From: a virus
Reading direction: 5' to 3' (one strand)
Virus record (IMG/VR): IMGVR_UViG_3300029131_000002
Length of the DNA stretch: 64,000 nt
A program made the translations under genes and the position numbers. Below are positions 37,120 through 46,759 of the stretch, one piece after another. Under the pieces are notes generated by a model. It had not been told where the DNA came from, ran no database searches, and was given only the letters and a program-made list of their open reading frames with translations. Every line of letters begins with the position of its first letter. Positions within the stretch are counted from its first letter, which is position 1.

Positions 37120-37396
37120 TCTCTTCCAACTGTAGAATGTTGTATTTTGGAATTTCCCATGTTTTCTGCTCCAATAATGGAGACAGTGGAATTTTCTCAG
37201 TTGGTAGTTCGTTAGTTACTGTGGCATTGATAAGCATAGACGCTACATCAATGGGTGATTCGGGAAGATTAACATTAACTGTACCAGCCATCTGCTCCCA
37301 TTTTCCATTCACCATTAAAAAGCACTTCCCGTCTTGCGCTTTAACTGTCCCATCTGGGAAATTTTCTTCGTTGCTGCAAGCATTGTAATCTTTCAT
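37031..37396 (-). CDS. hypothetical protein
   Basis: 121-aa ORF (overlaps previous; true start may be internal). Confidence 0.25.
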   Translation of the reverse strand: MKDYNACSNEENFPDGTVKAQDGKCFLMVNGKWEQMAGTVNVNLPESPIDVASMLINATVTNELPTEKIPLSPLLEQKTWEIPKYNILQLEEIAKHLLLYCETKRKGYEDADSEDHKPQPL

Positions 37397-37821
37397 CCCT
37401 CTTCTACCTCCCCGAAATATTTCTTGTAAAGCTTATGGTTGTAATACCACAGATGTTGCATCGCAAAAATTTTATCAATATATTCCAGACCATAATACAT
37501 TACTCTGTACTCGGCGGTTCTGTCTCCGTTTTCATCAACACTATAACCAGCTAATTCAGATTTTGATTTTGCGCCAAACCATCTACCATTCTTTGTAACA
37601 AACAAAGAAAGATTCCCATATTCACAAACATATGTGGCGGTTTGAGTATCATACAATCTGCCATCAGCTAATATTGCATTTGCGTGAATTGGCTTCACCA
37701 GTTTCCGAATTGCCGGGGATTCCTGTCCGACATTTTCATAATCATGTCTGATTTCAGAAACACCTTTTTTATTTTTTGAGAAAAATTTAAGCACGTCTTT
37801 TCCTCCCGAAATATTCATCAA
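37393..37821 (-). CDS. hypothetical protein
   Basis: 142-aa ORF. Confidence 0.3.
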   Translation of the reverse strand: MMNISGGKDVLKFFSKNKKGVSEIRHDYENVGQESPAIRKLVKPIHANAILADGRLYDTQTATYVCEYGNLSLFVTKNGRWFGAKSKSELAGYSVDENGDRTAEYRVMYYGLEYIDKIFAMQHLWYYNHKLYKKYFGEVEEG

Positions 37822-37953
37822 CTGCCTGTCTCACAATATCCGATACGCTCCTGCCTGTTCGGTTCTTCTCTTCCAGGAGCCTTTTTTTCTGTTTTTCGGA
37901 AAATCGGATGCGGATGGATTCGGATTGTGGGTTTGGTTTCATAAGCATTTACC

Positions 37954-38421
37954 TCAACTTACAATTTCAATTGGATATCCTAAGTATGCTTCCAGCTCCG
38001 AAACAGTCAGTTTGCGTGGTTTCTTTATTTCAACATCAACACGCTGTATGATATTGTCTGTTGTCTTTGCGATTGCCTTTCCGGTATAACTTTCAAGCTC
38101 TTCGTTTGCATATACATTCAAATGTTCATATCCATATGCCCGGCACCATCTTGCAGCTGAATCAACAATTTTTCTTAGCTCTTCTTGCTCATCACCAAAC
38201 AACTCCGAATATCTAACCGCCTTGTTGGGGTCGTTCAAACTTACTCCGCAAGAAGCCACAACATGTTTATATGGACTTCCAATAAAATGAAAATATCTAT
38301 TCGATTCCATTGCTTTTTGGCCTTTTGGCAAGTTGAACCCTTGAGCTATTGCTTTTTTAAGCAGCTGTTCTGATTCAACGTTATTTTCTGTAACAATACA
38401 CTTGTTTGTAAAATCAATCAT
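37954..38421 (-). CDS. hypothetical protein
   Basis: 155-aa ORF, 8-nt overlap with recombinase gene. Confidence 0.3.
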   Translation of the reverse strand: MIDFTNKCIVTENNVESEQLLKKAIAQGFNLPKGQKAMESNRYFHFIGSPYKHVVASCGVSLNDPNKAVRYSELFGDEQEELRKIVDSAARWCRAYGYEHLNVYANEELESYTGKAIAKTTDNIIQRVDVEIKKPRKLTVSELEAYLGYPIEIVS

Positions 38422-39001
38422 CTTTATCCCCCTCTAAAAGTTTATATAGCGTGCTTCTTGAAACTCCCATAATCTCGGCAAATTGTACTTTTGTTATTTC
38501 CCCTCTTTGCCAGCTACGTTTAGTTTCTTTAAAAAGTTCCTTATCTATCTCTTTTTTGGCGCGGCCTTTATATTTGCCATGGGCTTTTGCAATTGCAATG
38601 CCTTCTTTTTGACGCTGTCTAATGTTTTCTCTTTCTCTTTGTGCTACATATGAGAGTAGCTGCAAAACTATGTCTGCGATCAGTGTTCCTGTCAAATCTT
38701 TGTTTTGCGTAGTATTAAGCAACGGCATATCCTGTACAATGATATCTGCTTCAATCTCTTTTGTAATTTTTCTCCATTCAGCAATAATCTCTTCGTAGTT
38801 TCTTCCAAGCCTGTCAATCGAATGGATTATCAGAATGTCACCTTTTTGAAGAGAAGCAATCATTTTCTGATACTCTGGACGATTGAAGTCTTTCCCAGAT
38901 TTTTTATCCATATAAATTTTCTCAACACCATCTGTTTTCATTGCTTCAATCTGTCTTGCTTCATTTTGATCTACTGTTGAAACTCTTACATATCCCACTT
39001 T
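38414..39001 (-). CDS. small serine recombinase (resolvase/invertase family)
   Basis: Start MKVGYVRVSTVDQ (catalytic Ser region); C-terminal HTH VQFAEIMGVSRSTLYKLL. Confidence 0.7.
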   Translation of the reverse strand, partial: KVGYVRVSTVDQNEARQIEAMKTDGVEKIYMDKKSGKDFNRPEYQKMIASLQKGDILIIHSIDRLGRNYEEIIAEWRKITKEIEADIIVQDMPLLNTTQNKDLTGTLIADIVLQLLSYVAQRERENIRQRQKEGIAIAKAHGKYKGRAKKEIDKELFKETKRSWQRGEITKVQFAEIMGVSRSTLYKLLEGDKDD

Positions 39002-39141
39002 CATATATACACGCTCCTGTTTCTTTATAAAACAATTATACACTATAATGTGTGTTTTTTCAATAGTAAATTACACGTTTAAGTGAATTTTAATTGATTT
39101 TTATAACATTTGCGTTTATTATGTAAGTAGGAGGTGTTTAT

Positions 39142-39375
39142 ATGGTATCTCAAAAAATTAAGCAAATAATGAAAATGAAAAAAATTACAAATATTCAAGT
39201 TGCTGAACATCTTGGAACTTCACCACAAGCACTAGCTAACAAGTTTTCCAGAGAAACGCTTTCTGCATATGAGCTTATAGCCATCCTTGACTTTCTTGGT
39301 TGTCAAATTTCTGTTGAAGCATTTCCAGATATCATAGTAAAATTTAATAGCAATGATCTGAAAAGAGAGCCTTAA
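39142..39375 (+). CDS. HTH transcriptional regulator (Cro/XRE-like)
   Basis: ITNIQVAEHLGTSPQALANKFS HTH; divergent from recombinase; GGAGG RBS. Confidence 0.45.
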   Translation: MVSQKIKQIMKMKKITNIQVAEHLGTSPQALANKFSRETLSAYELIAILDFLGCQISVEAFPDIIVKFNSNDLKREP

Positions 39376-39388
39376 TGGTTCTCTTTTT

Positions 39389-40132
39389 TTACTTTCTAAT
39401 CAATCCTTGCCCTTGCAGTAAAAGTCTAAATGTTTCTTTACCTTTCACAGTGATATATGTCTGAACATTCGAATATCCAAACGGTGTTGAGAAATCTTTC
39501 ATCTGGAAAAGCCCAGCTTTCCTATACGGTTCATAGGGTTTAATAATATTGTGCCTGTCACGGTAAATATAACCGTTTTCCGTAAGCCACTTAGTAAACG
39601 CTTTAGGTGGAATGTGAAATTCCTTTGCTGCATCTCGAAAAGTTGTAAGAAGTCTATTATCTATCAGACTGTCGAAATAATCAGCTTTAGGCTTCTGTTC
39701 CTGTACTTTCTGTTCAAGTAACTGCTTTTCCTGTTGTTCTTCAATCCATCTTTTAGCTCGTTCTATCGGATCAGCTATCTGGTAAGAATCTTGTTTCTGA
39801 CCGACTTCATACTTCCCAGTCTTACGAATGGACGGAAGTACTTCTGATGTGACCCAATGTTTAAATTCTTTGGCTTTTTCAAGCTTACTACTAAAAATTA
39901 ACGAGAAAAGACCGGATTCATTAATAGCTATGATATTCCTTGTCTGTGTCCCGTCATAAAATGGTACTTCTGCCTTATCTTCCAACTCTACATGCCTTTG
40001 TATATCTCGACTACCATTTTGGTACCCGAGGGCTGTTGCAACATCAATTCCAACAAACCACGGAACACCATTTATCGTTACTGTTCTTACGCTTCCAAAT
40101 TCTGGATTGCTAAAAATCATCATATCGTTCAT
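39389..40132 (-). CDS. Bro-N / KilAC-type phage antirepressor
   Basis: N-terminus MMIFSNPEFGSVRTVTINGVPWFVGIDVATALGY is the Bro-N signature; C-terminal KilAC-like domain. Confidence 0.65.
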   Translation of the reverse strand: MNDMMIFSNPEFGSVRTVTINGVPWFVGIDVATALGYQNGSRDIQRHVELEDKAEVPFYDGTQTRNIIAINESGLFSLIFSSKLEKAKEFKHWVTSEVLPSIRKTGKYEVGQKQDSYQIADPIERAKRWIEEQQEKQLLEQKVQEQKPKADYFDSLIDNRLLTTFRDAAKEFHIPPKAFTKWLTENGYIYRDRHNIIKPYEPYRKAGLFQMKDFSTPFGYSNVQTYITVKGKETFRLLLQGQGLIRK

Positions 40133-40135
40133 CCG

Positions 40136-40354
40136 TTATACCTGCCTTTCTGAGTATTGCCTTGTTTTTAGTATGGCAGAGAAACAGTTAAGGCTTACTG
40201 CTTGTCGTGTTCGAATCACTATCCCTGCCATGTTAAGGAGAGCTTTTTTGTTTTTTCGGGCGGTTTCGGTGGTGACTACCGCTGACTGGTGTTTTATATA
40301 TACCCCCTCCCGGTCATCCAGTACGGACGCTGGCAAGTCAGCCCGCCGCCCCAT
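40136..40354 (-). CDS. hypothetical protein
   Basis: 72-aa ORF. Confidence 0.2.
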   Translation of the reverse strand: MGRRADLPASVLDDREGVYIKHQSAVVTTETARKNKKALLNMAGIVIRTRQAVSLNCFSAILKTRQYSERQV

Positions 40355-40557
40355 GGGAACCGCTGCCCTTGCCTGGTCGCTGTTTATCGTAAGCCTTCGG
40401 CAGTGATCAAGGGAATGCTATGCAAAATCTATTGTAATATTGCACAAAAAACAGTGTTTTATAAAATGTCTTTTTAGGGTGTACCCTATTTGCGCATTGC
40501 GTATTACTAGATATAGAATCCATTTTCTCGTAATCACAACATATAGTGTTTTTACTG

Positions 40558-41148
40558 TTATAGTTCCGGCTTTTCCATCTCTGGAAGTTGTAAAGCGGCT
40601 TTGTGCTTCTCTGCGATCTGCTGCGCAGTCTGCTGTGGTACGCCATACTGTTGTGTAGCTTGCACCGGTGCAGTTTCTGCCATGCCATATGCGGCTTTTG
40701 CAACAAATATCAAATTCGCATTTGTTCCGGTCTGATTATGCAATCTATTGATTGCGCAGTTTTTACAAATATCAAACCATTTTTTAGCCGTGTCACCATG
40801 TGACGAGTTTGTTCTATACACTCCATTCATCCAGTCAGTAAACGTTGTACGATTAATCCCAACTAAAAAGCTAAATACTTCTAGGGTTGGTAATACATGA
40901 TATTTACTGCATAATCTCACATAAGTATTAAACATTTTATCTAATAGCTCTATATTGTCATTACTTGGCTTTTGTATATGATCTGCAATATAAAAAATCA
41001 TATCTACAAAGCTATCTGATACTTCTTTCTTATAGTTTTCGTTATCTGGTGATATACATAATACAGTATTTATATATTCATCAGCATATATATTAATATT
41101 ATCTAAATAGATATCTACGTCTTGTATATTTACCGTATTATCTTTCAT
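40558..41148 (-). CDS. hypothetical protein
   Basis: Start MKDNTVN with GAGGTGA RBS; 196 aa. Confidence 0.35.
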   Translation of the reverse strand: MKDNTVNIQDVDIYLDNINIYADEYINTVLCISPDNENYKKEVSDSFVDMIFYIADHIQKPSNDNIELLDKMFNTYVRLCSKYHVLPTLEVFSFLVGINRTTFTDWMNGVYRTNSSHGDTAKKWFDICKNCAINRLHNQTGTNANLIFVAKAAYGMAETAPVQATQQYGVPQQTAQQIAEKHKAALQLPEMEKPEL

Positions 41149-41753
41149 GTTATCACCTCGCTTTAACACGTTAATTTGTAAATAAAAAAAGAGAATGTCA
41201 CCAGGTAAAGCTTATTCCCGGAAAACTTCCGGGTGTTCGGGTACATTCTCTAAAACTTAAAACTTAAATAAAATATTCTGTTTTCTTTGTTGCTGATACC
41301 TTAACACAGTTTTTAATATCTTGTCAAATTTAATTTTGCATAAAATAAAACCATCTATTTTGTTAGTAATTAATAAATAATAATTTGGGTATTATATTAT
41401 AATCTTTATTTATATTTATATCTTATATATTATTATACGGTACTGTATAGCATATCTTTTAATAAACTCTAGTCTTAAGAATCTATGGAGGGGTAAAAGA
41501 TATATTATATATAATATATTTAAACATAATAAAAGCCAGACCTTGCCGAGCTTCAATACCTGGCTGATCTGGCTTGTTAACTGCTACTTTATTCTGTTCA
41601 GGTGCAAACGATTTTGCAATAACTACCCCTCCATGAGTTCCCGCGACCGTCGTTGATAATAACGTTACTGTAAGTTCTCCAGAAAGTCAAGACCAAAAAT
41701 AAGAAAAATATTTTTCTTGACAAAAATTAAAAACCTGTGCTATTAATATCTTA

Positions 41754-41848
41754 ACAGTTTCGGCGGTGGGCTGTTAACCCCTCGATTGTCGTTACGCCGC
41801 CACAAATAAGCATTTTAAAAGCCCTAGGAATTATCCCAGGGCTTTTTC
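41754..41848 (+). ncRNA. candidate small RNA (promoter to intrinsic terminator, about 95 nt)
   Basis: TTGACA(41717)-18 nt-TGcTATTAAT promoter, no ORF, terminator GCCCTAGGaattatCCCAGGGC + TTTTT. Confidence 0.4.
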
Positions 41849-41887
41849 TTATTGACAACTATATTTTTATATGCTATATTTATTATA

Positions 41888-41962
41888 CCTAAAATTTAGG
41901 TGTGAATTGAAAAATATTTATTATTTAATGGAGATTGGACAACCAAAAAAGTTGTCCTTTTT
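41888..41962 (+). ncRNA. second candidate small transcript (about 75 nt)
   Basis: TTGACA(41852)-17 nt-TATATT promoter; terminator GGACAACcaaaaaaGTTGTCC + TTTTTT. Confidence 0.35.
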
Positions 41963-42274
41963 TCATTCTACGTAATACAATTCTATTGGTTCCCCATTCT
42001 TAAATAAAATATGGCTTGCTCCCGAAAATGTAACTGTTGAGAAATTGATAGCTGCGTTTTCATCCCAAGAATAACCGTTTTCTTTGAAACTCTCGTCAGA
42101 AGAATTTTCAATCATATTTTCCACATAATCTTTTATGGGGTCTTCGTCATCTTCTGTCCATTCCTCCGAGTATTCACATTGAAATTGTTCTTTGCATACT
42201 TCGTAAATCGGTTCTTTTGTCCCCTCATTGTAACTCTGGGACATTGTAATCTCGTGATAATATATTTTTTTCAT
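41963..42274 (-). CDS. hypothetical acidic protein
   Basis: 103-aa ORF. Confidence 0.3.
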   Translation of the reverse strand: MKKIYYHEITMSQSYNEGTKEPIYEVCKEQFQCEYSEEWTEDDEDPIKDYVENMIENSSDESFKENGYSWDENAAINFSTVTFSGASHILFKNGEPIELYYVE

Positions 42275-42300
42275 ATTTTTTTATCCTCCTGAAAGTTTGA

Positions 42301-42588
42301 TTATCCTATAATTTTTAAATATTTTCTATGTCCATCCATATTCTTGTCTAAGGCATAAAAACAAGGATTTTCGTCACCCTGTAAAACTTCGCTGATTTCG
42401 TAGTCCCAACCCCAGGGAGCTTTTACCATTAACTTGCCCGTATCGTTTTCAAAAGGTTCCCATCCTTCTGGTGTTCCTACTGTCATTTCTTCCCAGTAGT
42501 CAGCTGTTGCATGTGGTGCGCCGAAAGTGTATTTCTTCCTTTTCTCCGCTCCTAAAACCCCGTAATTGCAATAGATTTTAATTTCCAT
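42301..42588 (-). CDS. hypothetical protein
   Basis: 95-aa ORF. Confidence 0.3.
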   Translation of the reverse strand: MEIKIYCNYGVLGAEKRKKYTFGAPHATADYWEEMTVGTPEGWEPFENDTGKLMVKAPWGWDYEISEVLQGDENPCFYALDKNMDGHRKYLKIIG

Positions 42589-42603
42589 GTTCTTTTCCTC
42601 CTT

Positions 42604-42819
42604 TTATCCTCTTGTTTCTTCCCAATCGCCACCATTGTAAATTGTAACCTGTCTGTGTATAGTCTGCATCCAGTCTTCGCCAGTAGAATTTCCAAACGGA
42701 TCGCGGCTTTTTCTTGCAACTTCATTTTCAAGCTCCACGTAACGACACCATGTGGTTTCATCCTTTACTACTTTCCATCCTTTTTCGACTAATTGTTTAA
42801 TTCTTTCTTCACCAGTCAT
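42604..42819 (-). CDS. hypothetical protein
   Basis: 71-aa ORF. Confidence 0.3.
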   Translation of the reverse strand: MTGEERIKQLVEKGWKVVKDETTWCRYVELENEVARKSRDPFGNSTGEDWMQTIHRQVTIYNGGDWEETRG

Positions 42820-42878
42820 TTTCTTTCCTCCTGATCTGTCCCTGTCTGGGGCTGTGCTGTTCTTCTTTAACTGTCTTT

Positions 42879-42924
42879 ATAATATCATAAGTGCATTATA
42901 TTGTCAATAATATAAGTGCATTAT
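42879..42924. repeat. 46-bp direct repeat copy A (contains 2x ATAAGTGCATTAT)
   Basis: Identical 46 bp recur at 43141-43186. Confidence 0.8.
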
Positions 42925-43115
42925 TTTTTATATTTCTCCATTCTTTCAAGCTCTGCCGCTATTACTTCCTTTATAAATGTATTTGGCTTTTCGATTCCTA
43001 GCTTTTTCATTTTTTCTTTTGTACCAGCTGGAAAAATAACGTTTATACGGTCGTTCTTCTTCTCATACTCTCTGACAGCTTTTCTTTGTGCTTCTGTTGT
43101 CTTTAATTCTTCCAT
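42921..43115 (-). CDS. ribbon-helix-helix (Arc/ParG/omega-like) DNA-binding protein
   Basis: 64 aa; RINVIFPAGTKEKMKKLG..NTFIKEVIAAELERME is a beta-strand plus two helices; flanked by iterated 13-mers. Confidence 0.45.
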   Translation of the reverse strand: MEELKTTEAQRKAVREYEKKNDRINVIFPAGTKEKMKKLGIEKPNTFIKEVIAAELERMEKYKK

Positions 43116-43140
43116 ATTGTAAGCCCTCCTTTTTATAATG

Positions 43141-43260
43141 ATAATATCATAAGTGCATTATATTGTCAATAATATAAGTGCATTATACACAATGCACAAT
43201 TAAGCGCCACTATATAAGTGCATTATTTAGTTATTATTCCATATTGTATAAGTGCATTAT
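43141..43260. repeat. 46-bp direct repeat copy B plus two further 13-mer iterons
   Basis: ATAAGTGCATTAT at 43148, 43173, 43214, 43248. Confidence 0.8.
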
Positions 43261-43478
43261 ATGTGGTATTATAATATCAACAAAGGAACACAAGAGACAA
43301 ACAACCGGAACCGCCCGAACCACTCAAGCCAATGAGGACATAGGAAAACGGACTGATTAATTGAAAAACTCTAGTTCCCAGAAAATAAAAAAGCCCGGCG
43401 ATCTTCCAAACCAAACCGGGCACCAAACTAAAAAAAGAAAGGCAACCCCATTATAACAGGGGCGAAGGTAAAAAAACA

Positions 43479-44435
43479 ATGAAAAAATACACACTTGAAA
43501 CATTAAAGAAAGAGAACGAGCTTTTCGATAGCTATTACGGACTTGAAGAGTCAGACGTAAAAAAAGTAAACTGCATTATTGAAATGATTGAAAGATCACG
43601 CTCTACAGAAGCCATTCAAAAATATGACGTAGTAGAGTATACAAACGAATACGGGGAATATTTCCCAAAAGCAACAGCAACAAAGAAAATAGGAGAAAAC
43701 ATAGAGCTTTGCGAAAATGCTGGAATACATTTAAGTATTTACGATAACGAGTTGTGCGGAAGTGCTTCGGGTGGTGCGTTTAGCCATCATAATAAGTCTG
43801 AATTTGCATATAAAGGCACGTCAAGCAATACTTTTTGGACTTGGGGAAATGCTGGGGCTTGTGCAAATGGTGGAATTTATTTTACCGCAACAGTTAATTT
43901 GTGGGAGTGTAACGATAATAAAGAAATGTTTTCCACAAAAACACATGATAAATATCATTTGTCATATAGAAAAGCAGAAAATAACGGAGATTATCAATAT
44001 TTTGCTTCTAAAGCTGGAATGAGTAGCTATGCATGGAGAACTAAAGAAGATATGCAAGCATGGTTGAGAACTAAAAGAGCAGTTGTGACCGAAAAAAATA
44101 CATGGGGCGGCGCGGTTATCTGGACATATAAAGAAATAGAGCACCATTGTTCAAATGCAGAGTATGACGCTTTAGAAGCACCAGAAGATATTTTTTTAAT
44201 GAATGGAAGCAAAAGACGTTGTAAACGCGTCTATGATGATAAAAATTACATTTTGCATACTTATTTTGTGTGGTACTGGGAAGATGATACATTAGATTTT
44301 TATAAAAGAATGGACAATCAGAACAAAATTATTGATTCTTACAAGGTGGATTATTTTGCAAATGAAGTAAATAAAATCGCACTTGAAGAATTGAGAAGCG
44401 GAACTATAAAGTCACTTAAAATTAATTTTAATTAG
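43479..44435 (+). CDS. hypothetical protein (318 aa, W/Y/N-rich)
   Basis: Plus-strand ORF followed by a GC hairpin terminator; no recognisable motif. Confidence 0.4.
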   Translation: MKKYTLETLKKENELFDSYYGLEESDVKKVNCIIEMIERSRSTEAIQKYDVVEYTNEYGEYFPKATATKKIGENIELCENAGIHLSIYDNELCGSASGGAFSHHNKSEFAYKGTSSNTFWTWGNAGACANGGIYFTATVNLWECNDNKEMFSTKTHDKYHLSYRKAENNGDYQYFASKAGMSSYAWRTKEDMQAWLRTKRAVVTEKNTWGGAVIWTYKEIEHHCSNAEYDALEAPEDIFLMNGSKRRCKRVYDDKNYILHTYFVWYWEDDTLDFYKRMDNQNKIIDSYKVDYFANEVNKIALEELRSGTIKSLKINFN

Positions 44436-44503
44436 GCTGGCAAGCGTACTGGGGAGCATTTCCCCGGCGGCCTTTTAAAATAAAATCAGGAGGAACAAAA
44501 AAC

Positions 44504-44707
44504 ATGATAAAAATTGACATGTGGTACAATGACAAAAAGGAGCAGGCAACCGGGCTTGATATCTGGTTTAATGATCTCGGATGTTTTTATTCTGGAAATA
44601 TCAAGATTTTTGGTGATATCGTGGGCGATTATTACGCCGACAGTGTGCAAGAAATTTGTGAAGCGTTCCCGCATCTGGAAGAGAAAATAAACGCTTGTTT
44701 GAATTAA
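44504..44707 (+). CDS. hypothetical small protein
   Basis: AGGAGGAA RBS; own terminator (CCGGGCGGGgatttCCCGCCtgtttt). Confidence 0.4.
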   Translation: MIKIDMWYNDKKEQATGLDIWFNDLGCFYSGNIKIFGDIVGDYYADSVQEICEAFPHLEEKINACLN

Positions 44708-44768
44708 ATAAACAATTTCCGGGCGGGGATTTCCCGCCTGTTTTCCTAATCAAATGGAGGTCTAAAAC

Positions 44769-44981
44769 ATGAAATATCATTATATAGCAATTTCAACACG
44801 CACAAACAATAAAAACCTTGCTTCTGTTCTTCGGGTTGCTGAATCTGACAACCTTATTTTTTCCTTGCAAATCCCCGGTATTACTTCCGCAAATATTTGC
44901 AGCACAAAAAAAGAAGCGGAAAAAGTCGTTGATTTTTGGAATAAGTGTTATAAGAAAAATAAAACTTATGGAGGGTTTTAA
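44769..44981 (+). CDS. hypothetical small protein (paralog 1, ends ..YGGF)
   Basis: GGAGG RBS. Confidence 0.4.
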   Translation: MKYHYIAISTRTNNKNLASVLRVAESDNLIFSLQIPGITSANICSTKKEAEKVVDFWNKCYKKNKTYGGF

Positions 44982-44982
44982 A

Positions 44983-45159
44983 ATGAAAGCAATAGAAGAA
45001 CACGATATTATAAAGGTTAACAAAAAAATATTGCATGTGTTAAAGGCAAGCAACAACGGGTCATATTTATGTAAAAATAGCAAAGGGTGCGTTGTCTGGA
45101 CTGATTACACGCAAAAGCCTGCATTTGTAACACATAGTAAAATTTACGGAGGGTTATAA
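44983..45159 (+). CDS. hypothetical small protein (paralog 2, ends ..YGGL)
   Basis: Start MKAIEEHD with GGAGGG RBS, under 60 aa so absent from ORF track; similar layout to the preceding gene. Confidence 0.35.
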   Translation: MKAIEEHDIIKVNKKILHVLKASNNGSYLCKNSKGCVVWTDYTQKPAFVTHSKIYGGL

Positions 45160-45161
45160 AA

Positions 45162-45542
45162 ATGACAAATAAGATTATAAAACCAACACCAAAGCAGACT
45201 ATCGCCGCCATAAAAAGCGGCGACTTTTCAACAGTTGATACAATCAATAAAAAAGCCCAAAAAGAAGCAACTGAAATTTTCATGGCTGTTGCTGGTGGCG
45301 TTATTAAATTAGCTTATTGGGATATGCCCTCGGTAAAGCGCCGGGATGGTAAAAAGTCTATAATGCGGTATGCACTGCACAGATCAACGAAAAAAGAGAA
45401 CTGCTTACAACTGTCCTGTATGGAGCTTATCGAGGATGAGATCATCCCCACAAGCGACAGACAATTTAATATTAAAGATGATTACGACCGCCGGGAATTT
45501 TTCCGCAGTCTTCCAGCTGTTACAAAAATGACTTTTAAATAA
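45162..45542 (+). CDS. hypothetical basic protein
   Basis: GGAGGG RBS; 126 aa. Confidence 0.4.
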   Translation: MTNKIIKPTPKQTIAAIKSGDFSTVDTINKKAQKEATEIFMAVAGGVIKLAYWDMPSVKRRDGKKSIMRYALHRSTKKENCLQLSCMELIEDEIIPTSDRQFNIKDDYDRREFFRSLPAVTKMTFK

Positions 45543-45976
45543 TAGGGCGCGTCTTTTTATATCCTGGCTCCCAGGGCGAAGGGAAGAAAGATAAAAACAT
45601 GAGTGATAAAATATTTAATAAATTAATAACACTTTCTGTTGATGAGCTAGACAATTACATAGAATTTTTAGAAAGTATTTATTCCCCGACTATTACTGGG
45701 AAAGAGATTGATAAAAAAACTATGGAATATTTAGGTATAACTGATTGATTTTTTACCGCTTCCCGGTTTCCAGACCGGCGGCACGTTCACGGCGTGCAAG
45801 CGGTTTTTGGCATTCTGCCAGATGCACCTTGCAAAGTTAATACCATAAGTCAATCAATTAGCTTAATTTTTTGCCCGTAAATGGATTTTTATGCTGTTAA
45901 TGGGGATTTATGCAGCATTTGCATTTTGAGCCGCTTAAGAGCCTTTAAATCGCTTTTTAGTGCGCCACATGGTTTA

Positions 45977-46005
45977 TTGACTGTCTGCGGCTATGGGTGT
46001 ATAAT
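45977..46005 (+). promoter_or_regulatory. near-consensus sigma70 promoter (TTGACT-17 nt-TATAAT) with no downstream ORF
   Basis: TTGACT at 45977-45982, TATAAT at 46000-46005, TG immediately upstream of the -10. Confidence 0.5.
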
Positions 46006-46759
46006 AGCCTTGTATAGCTATGTTCGGCTATGCTTTATTTGCGTACCGTGTAAATTGGTGCATTTTGTCCGCTTATGTGCGTAGTTTGTCCGGGCTATAT
46101 ATCAATTAGGGCTATACAATTATATTGTGATATGCTTGTATAACGCTGTATTTGCCATTTTAAGGCGTTTTATAATCGCAGTCAATAAAGTATAGGCTAA
46201 ATACGTTACAAGCAATTTAAGGCTTATTTTGCAAGAGTATTATTGTATTTTAACGTCGTGTTGTATGTTACTTGTTGCTATGGTCTATTATCTGTTGTCG
46301 GTTGGTTCTGGTCTGCCAGGGCTACGGCTGACGGTCGGCTTTGCTGGTGTTCAATCGTTCCCGGCGCTGTCCAGGCTTCATAAGCTCTGCATGGTATCGG
46401 CTCCCGGTGCTGTCCCCTGATTGATTTGTTGCAACGGAAAAGTCGCAGCTGTTCAAGGATTCAATAGTTGCAACTAACTTGTGGATGATCCCTAAATTTC
46501 AACATAATTTTAGAAGCCTAAAATCAAGTAAATCCATAAAAAAAGTGGCAACCAGAAAAATTCTCTCATTTTCTAGCTGCCACTTAAATTTTAATTTTGC
46601 ACAAATATTTCTATAGCGTAAAGTTTTAAATGATTCAAAATTCACAATTTATTTAATCCTTCTTTCTTCCGTGTTCCATATCTTCTGTGGGATGATTTCT
46701 CTAAACGTTCTGTCCTCTTCATTTGTGACTTAGAAAGTTTCTTCTTTCTCTGGTAATTG

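Noticed and set aside
42875-43260. Possible CRISPR array (repeated 13-mers)
   Set aside because: Repeat unit is too short (13 bp), spacing irregular (12-21 bp) and two 46-bp blocks are identical including the spacers; no cas genes.
46229-46420. 63-aa ORF in the GC-rich part of the 1.2-kb non-coding region
   Set aside because: No RBS, hydrophobic low-complexity product; more likely part of a structured RNA or att region.
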